From contig JBGARZ010000006.1 of assembly GCA_044229975.1 (NCBI GenBank), positions 347,525-411,524 of the forward strand: a DNA stretch of 64,000 nucleotides, written 5' to 3'. This DNA comes from Polyangiales bacterium. GTDB lineage: Bacteria; Myxococcota_A; Polyangia; Polyangiales; Ga0077539. Below, piece by piece: positions 45,067 through 52,617 of this stretch; the stretch's first letter is position 1, and each line of letters starts with the position of its first letter. The notes beneath the pieces are model-generated. The model saw nothing but the letters and a program-made list of their open reading frames with translations. It was not told the origin of the DNA and did not search any database. The translations under genes and the position numbers were made by a program.

Positions 45067-46674
45067 GTGGCGGTGGGAGCGATGGCGCTCGCGGTGGTGA
45101 TCGCGGGGTGTGACGATCGGGACACGCGGTACACGCGCTCGATGGCGTCGCTGGCGCCAGTCGCTGCGGGTGGGGCGGTCGTCTATGTGCAGCCCGCGCT
45201 CAATCGCGCCGTGGTCGTCGACCTCACGCCGGATACGCCTTCGGTGCGGTCGGTCCCGGTCGGGGATGATCCGGTGGTGGTGACGCCTCGGGCAGCGGCG
45301 GCAGGAGCGGTAGGGACGGAGTCGGAGGCGTTGGTGTTGTCGCGTGGACAGCGAGGTGCGCTCGGGGTCGCGCCGACGCCGGGGTCGCTCACGGCGGTGA
45401 CCGCGGCGGGTGTGGCACGGCGATGGAGCCTCGGCTCTCCCTTCAACGCGCTCGCCCAGACCGACGATGGTCGGTATGCGATGGCGTACTTCAGCAGCCG
45501 AAATGCGAGCGCGGGGCGGTTGTTGTTCAACCCCAATGAGGTGGCCATCGTCGACCTCAGGGCGACCGCGGCGACGCCCACCGTGGCGCCCGTCATCAGG
45601 ACGGTGCGGAGCTTCGGGGGTGTTCCGAATGGGGTTGTCTTCTCGCCGCAGATGACCGTCGCGGGTGAGCCGCGGACGCTCGCGGTGGTGCTGTCGGACG
45701 CGTACGTCACGGTGATCGACCTCAACCACCCCGATCGTAGCGAGATCACCGTGCGCCTCACGTTGCCCGAAGACGCCCGCGCCGTCGCGCCCGCCCAGGT
45801 GCTCTTCGATGCCGACAACGCCACGATGTACCTGCGGGCCGATCAGTCCAATGACCTCTATGTGCTGAAGCTCTTGCCGGTGACGCCGGACTCGGCGACG
45901 GGCAACGACTTCCGGCCGTCGCTCAATCAGCTCGCGGCAGGCGTTCGACCCGCGGACATCGCGCTCTTCGGGGCGACCACCGGGCGCAAGCTGCTGGTGG
46001 TGTCACCGGGCAGCCGCGACGCGCGGGTCATCGATACGGTGGCCAATACCACCACGGTGATTCCGCTCGATGCGGTGGCCAATCGGATCCTGTTGTTCGA
46101 TGGGGCGCCCGCGGGGTCGACGACGCCGATTCCGCGCGCGCTGCTGTACGCCACGCAGGGCGTGTCCAATGCGGTGAGCTTTCTGGAACTCGCGGAGATC
46201 GAGTCGCGGCGCTCGCAGAACGTCGAGGCGCTCCAGCTCGGGCGAACCATCAACCAGGCGCTCGCGCTTCCTGAGCGAGGCGTCGTGATGTTTGGTCATC
46301 CGACGAGCTCGATGGGGAGCCTGTCGCTGCTCAACCTGACCACGCGAACGGCGTCGCCGATCTTCTCCGAAGTGGCCCTGGAGAACGCGCGCTTCGACGA
46401 CGATCGACGGGCGCTGTGGGTGGCGCCGCCGACGGGGCAACGCCTCGGCTTCATCGAGCTGCAGAACTTCCGACCAGGGGAGATCAGGCTCGATGCGACG
46501 GTGACGGAGGTGATCCCGGTGTCGCGCGGAACCGAGCGGCGCGTGGTGGCGCTGCACGACGCCGAGGACGGCTGGATCACGGTGGTGGACGGCAACGAGC
46601 CCACGCGGGCGACGGCGCGGTCGATGCGGGGCTTCCTGTTGACGGGTCTGTTGGACGAAGGCGAGGCGCAGTGA
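45067..46674 (+). CDS. beta-propeller-like lipoprotein, paralogous in style to 43314..44981
   Basis: Lipobox ALAVVIAGC. Start uncertain: GTG 45067, ATG 45082, or the ATG at 44990 in an adjacent frame. Confidence 0.62.
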   Translation: MAVGAMALAVVIAGCDDRDTRYTRSMASLAPVAAGGAVVYVQPALNRAVVVDLTPDTPSVRSVPVGDDPVVVTPRAAAAGAVGTESEALVLSRGQRGALGVAPTPGSLTAVTAAGVARRWSLGSPFNALAQTDDGRYAMAYFSSRNASAGRLLFNPNEVAIVDLRATAATPTVAPVIRTVRSFGGVPNGVVFSPQMTVAGEPRTLAVVLSDAYVTVIDLNHPDRSEITVRLTLPEDARAVAPAQVLFDADNATMYLRADQSNDLYVLKLLPVTPDSATGNDFRPSLNQLAAGVRPADIALFGATTGRKLLVVSPGSRDARVIDTVANTTTVIPLDAVANRILLFDGAPAGSTTPIPRALLYATQGVSNAVSFLELAEIESRRSQNVEALQLGRTINQALALPERGVVMFGHPTSSMGSLSLLNLTTRTASPIFSEVALENARFDDDRRALWVAPPTGQRLGFIELQNFRPGEIRLDATVTEVIPVSRGTERRVVALHDAEDGWITVVDGNEPTRATARSMRGFLLTGLLDEGEAQ

Positions 46675-47372
46675 TGATGACGCGCGTGGCGGTGGTGCTG
46701 GGTGCGCTGGCGGTGATGGCTGCGGCGACGAGCGCCGAGGCGCAGATGCGCCCGGTGGATGCGCCGTGGCGGGTGAGCCTGGAGGTCGGCGGGCGGTGGC
46801 ATCGGGACCAGGCCCTGGATGCCTTCAGCACGACGAGATCGCCGGCGGCGTTCGGGCTCTCGGTGTCGCGGGACGTTGCACGGTTTGGCGACCGGACGGC
46901 GTTGGCCGTGGACCTCAACTGGAACAACGCCGTGCTCGAAGGGCAGTTGCGGGAGGCGTTGCAGGCGCGGATGACCGTTCACTCGATGAGCGCGGGACTG
47001 ACGGTGCGGTGGCGGCTGCTGTGGTGGCTGGAGCCGTACGGGCGGCTCGCCGCGGGGGCGATGTACTCGGACCTCACGCTGACGCCCGAGCAGAGCACGT
47101 CGGGGGCGCTGACCGGGGATGCGTGGGCGTTCATGGCGTCGGCGGGGGCGGGCGTGCAGGTGACGACGGGGAGGTTTCTCGGGCCGCTGCGATTGGTGAT
47201 CGGGCTGGAGGGCGGGTACCAGATGGCGCTCGATCAGGGGATGAGCGTGCGGCAGCAGCGGTTGTTGGACGACGCAGCGGAGGCCGATCGGTTGCCCGCG
47301 GCGGAGACCAACCTTGGCAGCGTGAACCTGAGCGGCGGATACCTGCGGTGGATGCTGGGGTTCAGGTTCTGA
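46674..47372 (+). CDS. outer-membrane beta-barrel-like protein
   Basis: Signal MMTRVAVVLGALAVMAAATSAEAQ. Alternating strands and a C-terminal aromatic end (LGFRF). The start overlaps the upstream stop (TGATG). Confidence 0.6.
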   Translation: MMTRVAVVLGALAVMAAATSAEAQMRPVDAPWRVSLEVGGRWHRDQALDAFSTTRSPAAFGLSVSRDVARFGDRTALAVDLNWNNAVLEGQLREALQARMTVHSMSAGLTVRWRLLWWLEPYGRLAAGAMYSDLTLTPEQSTSGALTGDAWAFMASAGAGVQVTTGRFLGPLRLVIGLEGGYQMALDQGMSVRQQRLLDDAAEADRLPAAETNLGSVNLSGGYLRWMLGFRF

Positions 47373-47397
47373 CGAAGGAGAGAGCACCTCAAGTGGC

Positions 47398-49752
47398 ATG
47401 AGAGGTGCGATGGTCGGCCGCATGAGCGGGACGACGGGACCCTTCGGAGGAGTGCTTTCCCTCGACAATGGTGTCACCCGAGAGGTGCTGACGGAGGCGC
47501 TGGCGGCAGCCCTCGTGGCCACACAGGGGCGCGCGTACACGTTGCCGGTCGAGGCGGCGGATGCCGAGATGGCGCGGGTGGTGTTCTTCCGCTTCGAGGC
47601 GGAGGGCGTGCGCTACGAGGGTGACGTCTCGCGCTTGCAGCCGTGGCGGCTGGAGTCGCCATCGACGGCAGAGGCGCTCGCGGCGCTGGCGAGCGTCGGG
47701 CGGTGTCTCGGGCGGCTCCATGAGCGCGGCATCGTCCACGGTGACCTGCGCGCGGAGATGCTCCGCGTCGATGAAGCGGGGAAGGTGACGGTGCTGGTTC
47801 CGGCGCACGCGAGCGCGCCGGGGGCGGTGTTGAAGGCGCGGCTGCACCCGGGTGGAGCACCGGCGATCGCGGTGGGTTTTGCGGCGCCCGAAGCGGTGGA
47901 AGGCGCGGAGGTGACGGCGGCGACGGACGTGTACGGGCTCGCGGCCATCGCCTACGCGACGCTCACCGGGCAAGCGCCGCTGGGACAGGTGGAGCGCACG
48001 GCGGCGCGAAGTCTCAGCGGGTCTGGCGCGTTGGTCGATGGGGCGCTCAGGCAGGTTCCGCCGATGCGGCCGAGCATGGAGACGCTCGTCAACGGGCTCG
48101 CGAAGGGGGCGGCGTCGTGGAACTCCGAGGAGGCACTGCACAGCAGCGCGTACCGCACGGCTCCGCATGGGCAGGCCGCGACGCCAGGGGTGGTCGGAGC
48201 GGGCGCGCCGGACATCTCGCCGGTGTTGGTGCTGGTGCTGGTGATTGGTGGGCTCTGCGCCTTCGTGGGCGCGGTGCTGCTCGTGGTCGCGGTCGGGGAC
48301 GCGGTCGGTGCGGCCGGGCGTGTGGCGACGCTGCTCGGGGTCGCGGCGCTGTCGTGGGGCGCCGGGGCGCTCGCGGGGCGCTACCGCATCGACGCGGGGG
48401 TGACCGTGGGGCGCGGGCTCGCCGGGCTCTTTGCGACGGTCGCGGTGGCGTATGCGTTCTCGCAGCTCGACGAGGTGGGGCGCCTCGGGCTGCTCATCGG
48501 ACTCACGACGGGGGCCTTCGTCGGCGGCGCGATGGCCGGGAAGCGCGGTGCGCCGTTGGGTGGCGTGGTGTTGCTCGCGCTGGGGAGTCAGCTCCTCTGG
48601 GTCGTCGGCGCGCAGATCATCAGCATGAGCCATGTGGGCGACGGTCCGGGCGTCATCGCGGTGCTCGCGGCGGTGGTCTCGCTCGTGACGTACGGACTCG
48701 CGCTGCTGCGACGAACGGGGCCCTTCGGCGTGCTCGCGGCGATGGACGTCGCGGTGCTGTGCGCGTCGCTCGGGGCGTACCTGCGGACGGGGACGGTGAT
48801 GGGGCCGGCGACGTTTGCGCTGGGCGTGGCCGGGCTGTACGCGCTGCTCGCGCAGCTCGCGGCGTGGCGTGAGGCGAAGAGCACAGCACTGCCGATGACA
48901 CTGGGGGCGGCCGGTGCGGCGGGGCTGAGCGCGCTCGCGGGCGGTGTGGTGATGGTCGATCACTGGGACACGCACGGGCTGCTGGGCGCGGCGTGGCCCT
49001 TCGTGGTGGCGGCAGCGGCCGCGGTGGCGGTGGTGGCGAAGGCGTCGTCGCCGCTGAAGGACGCGGCGGCCTTCGTGGTGGGGGCGATCGTGGTGCTCGC
49101 GCCGACGAGCGAGGCGATGCTGCGCGACGAGCTGGGGTTCACGCTCTTCGCGGTGGGCGTCGGCGGTGCGGTGCTGGCGGCGGCGCTGTGGCGGCCGGAG
49201 CTGAAGGAGCGCGGGGAGGTTCGCGCGGAGGCGCTGCTGGCGGGGTTGTTCGGGGTGATGGCGTCGCCGGACGCGCGGCTGTTGCACGCCATCGGGGAAG
49301 GCCGCGGTGAGTGGTTGGCGGGAGACAGCGGCGGGCGCTGGGTGGTGATGGGGGCCGTGTCAGTGGGATTGCTGGTGATGTCGTACGCGGTGACGACGCG
49401 GGTGAGCCGCGCGCGCTACCGGCTGCTGGAGGTGGCGGCGCTGGTGCAGTGGTTTGGGGTGCTGACGCTGCAGGTGCTGGCGGCGCATCGGGAGGCGGCG
49501 CCCGCAGCGCTCGTGCTGGGGTCGGCGGGGGGACTGGTGGCGCTGGCGGTGGGGACGCGGCGCGCGGCGGTGCTGTTGATCTCGGTGGCCGCGCTGATCG
49601 TGAACCTGTGGGTGCAGTACTTCGCGCGGCTGGAAGGGGTGTTTCCGTTGTCGGTGAGGCTGGTGGGGTTCGGCGTCGGGCTGCTGGTGGGCGGCGTGCT
49701 GTACGAACAGCAGGTGAAGCAGCGGCTCTCGCGGCTGAAGGACTGGGGATAG
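47398..49752 (+). CDS. degenerate protein-kinase-like domain fused to a polytopic (at least 12 TM) membrane domain
   Basis: C-lobe-like HERGIVHGDLRAEMLRVDEAGKV...GFAAPEAVEG...TDVYGLAAIAYATLTGQAPL. No GxGxxG/VAIK, and DFG is absent. About 550 aa of consecutive hydrophobic helices follow. Confidence 0.7.
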   Translation: MRGAMVGRMSGTTGPFGGVLSLDNGVTREVLTEALAAALVATQGRAYTLPVEAADAEMARVVFFRFEAEGVRYEGDVSRLQPWRLESPSTAEALAALASVGRCLGRLHERGIVHGDLRAEMLRVDEAGKVTVLVPAHASAPGAVLKARLHPGGAPAIAVGFAAPEAVEGAEVTAATDVYGLAAIAYATLTGQAPLGQVERTAARSLSGSGALVDGALRQVPPMRPSMETLVNGLAKGAASWNSEEALHSSAYRTAPHGQAATPGVVGAGAPDISPVLVLVLVIGGLCAFVGAVLLVVAVGDAVGAAGRVATLLGVAALSWGAGALAGRYRIDAGVTVGRGLAGLFATVAVAYAFSQLDEVGRLGLLIGLTTGAFVGGAMAGKRGAPLGGVVLLALGSQLLWVVGAQIISMSHVGDGPGVIAVLAAVVSLVTYGLALLRRTGPFGVLAAMDVAVLCASLGAYLRTGTVMGPATFALGVAGLYALLAQLAAWREAKSTALPMTLGAAGAAGLSALAGGVVMVDHWDTHGLLGAAWPFVVAAAAAVAVVAKASSPLKDAAAFVVGAIVVLAPTSEAMLRDELGFTLFAVGVGGAVLAAALWRPELKERGEVRAEALLAGLFGVMASPDARLLHAIGEGRGEWLAGDSGGRWVVMGAVSVGLLVMSYAVTTRVSRARYRLLEVAALVQWFGVLTLQVLAAHREAAPAALVLGSAGGLVALAVGTRRAAVLLISVAALIVNLWVQYFARLEGVFPLSVRLVGFGVGLLVGGVLYEQQVKQRLSRLKDWG

Positions 49753-49767
49753 GCGAGGGCGGGAATA

Positions 49768-49838
49768 CCCTATCGGGTAAGGCCGGGTGCTGGGGCGTGG
49801 GCGGACGCGTCCCTATCGGGTAAGGCCGGGTGCTGGGG
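49768..49838. repeat. perfect 28-bp direct repeat (ccctatcgggtaaggccgggtgctgggg), two copies 43 bp apart
   Basis: Copies at 49768-49795 and 49811-49838. The second copy is the last 8 codons plus stop of the MFS gene 49813..51033. Confidence 0.95.
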
Positions 49839-51033
49839 ACGTGAGCGGGGGCTCGTCTCGGCGCGAGCGGGCCATCATTCCGAGCGCGGCGAGCGACGCG
49901 AAGAGGGCGCCGACCCCGAAGGCCACCCGCGGGCCGTGCCACCGCAGCAGCTTCCCGAACATCACGCTCGCCGGGAGCACCATCAATCCCGCCACCAGGT
50001 TGAACGCCCCGTACGCCCGACCCAACGAGCGCTCGCCCGCCAGCGTCGCGACCAGGGCCCGCTCGGTCCCCTCGGTGAGCCCGTAGTAGGCGCCGTAGAC
50101 CAGCAGCGCGATGGCTGCCATCCAGGGCTTCGTCGACAGCCCGAAGCCCAGCCACGCCACCGCGTACAGACACCAGCCCAGCGTCAACGCCCGCGCCCGC
50201 CCGATGCGGTCGGCTACCCAACCGCCCGGAACCGTCGACGCCGCGCGCAGCAGCGACAGCGCGCCCCAAGCCAGAGGAATCCACCGCGTCGCGACCCCGA
50301 GCTGGTGCGCCCGCAGCACGAGAAACCCATCGCTCGCGTTGCCCAGCGAAAATACACCGACCAGTAAGAGAAAGCGCTTGAGCGCGCCCGGCAGCGGCGC
50401 CCGCGCGTCGTCGGCCGCGGCCTTCTTCGTCTCCGCGGTCTCGACCACCGGCGTCTCGCGCACGAAGAACACCACCGCCAGCAGCGCGAGCGTCCCCGGC
50501 ACGATGGTCGCCGCGAACACCATCCGCAGGTCGTCGTGCGTCGCCGTGAGCACCGCCAGCGCCACGAGCGGGCCGAACACCGCGCCCAGATTGTCCATCC
50601 CGCGGTGGAACCCGAACGCGTACGCCCGGTGCTTCTCGGGCGTCTCGCGCGCGATGAGCACGTCGCGCGGCGCCGTGCGGATGCCTTTGCCCACGCGGTC
50701 GACGAAGCGCACCGCGAGCACCTGCCACGGCGCCGCGGCCAGCGAGAGCAGCGGCCGCACCAGGTTGGCCACGCCGTACCCGAGCAGCACCACGGGCTTC
50801 TTGCGCGGCATCCGGTCGGACACCTTGCCCGAGATGAACTTCACCACCGCCGCGGTCGCCTCCGCGACGCCCTCGACGAGGCCCACCCAGTCGGCCGACG
50901 CGTGCAGCGTCACCGTCAAGAACAGCGGCAGGTACGGCACCACCATGTCGGCCGCCACGTCGGTGAGGAAGCTCACCGCCGACAGCGCCACCACCGCGCG
51001 CGCCAGCTTCGGGCGCGTGTCGCCCGCGCTCAC
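49813..51033 (-). CDS. MFS transporter
   Basis: GTG start at 51033 overlaps the upstream stop (GTGA). LSAVSFLTDVAADMVVPYLPLFL...GKVSDRMPRKKP is the MFS loop motif. About 12 TM segments. Confidence 0.8.
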   Translation of the reverse strand: MSAGDTRPKLARAVVALSAVSFLTDVAADMVVPYLPLFLTVTLHASADWVGLVEGVAEATAAVVKFISGKVSDRMPRKKPVVLLGYGVANLVRPLLSLAAAPWQVLAVRFVDRVGKGIRTAPRDVLIARETPEKHRAYAFGFHRGMDNLGAVFGPLVALAVLTATHDDLRMVFAATIVPGTLALLAVVFFVRETPVVETAETKKAAADDARAPLPGALKRFLLLVGVFSLGNASDGFLVLRAHQLGVATRWIPLAWGALSLLRAASTVPGGWVADRIGRARALTLGWCLYAVAWLGFGLSTKPWMAAIALLVYGAYYGLTEGTERALVATLAGERSLGRAYGAFNLVAGLMVLPASVMFGKLLRWHGPRVAFGVGALFASLAALGMMARSRRDEPPLTSPAPGLTR

Positions 51034-52556
51034 TCGTCGACGATGGGCGTGACCATCTCCTCGGGTCCGAAGAGCGAGAGCTGTAGCCACTTCGCGAGGC
51101 CCTTGCCCTCCATGCGAGCCACGAGCTGCTGGGCCGCGCGGTTCATCTTCTGGAGCTCACGCAGGCGCAGGTTGCGCTCGGTAGGCAGCGCGTCGGCGAA
51201 GCGCCACGCCGTCTTGCCCTCCGGGTGCGACACGATGCGAAGCCACGTGCGCCACTCGTGCGCCGCCGCCTCGGACATCACCCGCCGCGTCAGGTCGTGC
51301 AGCGCCGGGGTCGCCTGCTCGTTGCCGTGCGTGCTCTCCAACAGCATCCCCGTGGTGAGCGACTGCGCCCCGCGCGTGAGGCACGCGCACGCCTCGGTGA
51401 GCACCACGCGCGCCACGTCGTGCAGCTTCGAGGTCTCGCGGAAGTTGCCGCGCTCAGCCGCTACCGGGAGCGCCAACTGGAGCAGCGGCTCGGGGGCGAT
51501 GAGGTCGTCTCGCACGTCCGCGTTGACGTGGTACTGGAGCGCCGACAGCACGCGGATGGCCGTGGACGCGGGGGTGCGCGCGCCGAGCTCCAGCGAGAGA
51601 CCTTCGCGGTCGACGGTGAAGAGCGCCGCGCGGCCCACGTCGAGGTCGACGGCGCGGATCTGGAAGCTCTCCGCGCCCGTCTGCTCGGGGATGCCCCACA
51701 GGCGGAAGGGCTCGGTGCCCGAGAACATCCGACCGACTCCATACGCCAGGTCGTCGAGGGTCCAGCGCACCGGGATCATCACGCGCCGTGGGGTCTTCTG
51801 CGCCGCCTCCAGCGCCGTCACCAGCGTGTCGTGCTCGGCCAGCAGCGCCTGCACCAGGCGCTCGTGGTCGGCGAAGGAGGTCCCGATCGCGGTGATCTTC
51901 CCGGTGTGGAACACCTCTGCCAGGCAGTACTTCTCGTCGTCGCCGAGGCGGACGCGCACGCTGTACACGCTCGTCGCCATCGGCAGCACGTCGCTGTGCC
52001 GCAGCTTGTCGAGGGTCTCCTTGGCGCGTGGTCCCCAGAAGCGCAGCGTCACCGAGTCGATGCCCGCGGGGTCGGGCGTCCTTCGCAGCGGTCGACGGTC
52101 GTGCCGCAGCGAGAACAGAACCATCTTCGCCTCCTGGCTCTTGGCCAGGGTCTCGAGCGCGCGCGGCGGCAGCCATACACACTCCAGTAAGCCCGAACCC
52201 GACACCAGCATCTCGTGGACGCGGTCGGCGTCCTTGGCGGTTCCGACCGTGTAGAGGCGGTGGATGCGGACGCCGGAGGTGTCGAGCCAGAGCTGCACCT
52301 CCTCGCCGAGCCACAGCGCCACGAGGTGGGCGTCGTCGGTGCGCTCGACGGTGATGCCGAGCGGGCCGCACAGCTCCTGGAGGGCGCCGTAGGGGTCCGA
52401 GCGCATGCGCCCGTGAGCTTCCAGCAGGAAGGTCTTGAGGGCGGTGCGGGCTTCGATGTCTTCGTCGATCGCGGGGCCGCCGGCGCGCGTGGACGCTGCG
52501 GTCATCTGCCGCTCCAACAGCAGCGAGAGGTCGCGCCGCGAACGGATCGTGAACAT
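51030..52556 (-). CDS. hypothetical protein (508 aa), no recognised domain
   Basis: Uninterrupted ORF with strong GC3 bias and normal (non-shadow) amino-acid composition. Translationally coupled to the MFS gene. Confidence 0.65.
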   Translation of the reverse strand: MFTIRSRRDLSLLLERQMTAASTRAGGPAIDEDIEARTALKTFLLEAHGRMRSDPYGALQELCGPLGITVERTDDAHLVALWLGEEVQLWLDTSGVRIHRLYTVGTAKDADRVHEMLVSGSGLLECVWLPPRALETLAKSQEAKMVLFSLRHDRRPLRRTPDPAGIDSVTLRFWGPRAKETLDKLRHSDVLPMATSVYSVRVRLGDDEKYCLAEVFHTGKITAIGTSFADHERLVQALLAEHDTLVTALEAAQKTPRRVMIPVRWTLDDLAYGVGRMFSGTEPFRLWGIPEQTGAESFQIRAVDLDVGRAALFTVDREGLSLELGARTPASTAIRVLSALQYHVNADVRDDLIAPEPLLQLALPVAAERGNFRETSKLHDVARVVLTEACACLTRGAQSLTTGMLLESTHGNEQATPALHDLTRRVMSEAAAHEWRTWLRIVSHPEGKTAWRFADALPTERNLRLRELQKMNRAAQQLVARMEGKGLAKWLQLSLFGPEEMVTPIVDE

Positions 52557-52617
52557 GGCGGAGGACGCTACGCTGCGCGGCGGCGGGGGCGGTAATTTCC
52601 GGGCAACCGGGGGAGTG

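Noticed and set aside
43122-50728. Large minus-strand ORFs 43122..44813, 46296..47540, 47389..49287 and 49139..50728
   Set aside because: All are antisense or off-frame to well-supported genes with signal peptides and TM helices. Their products are extreme Arg/Pro/His strings.
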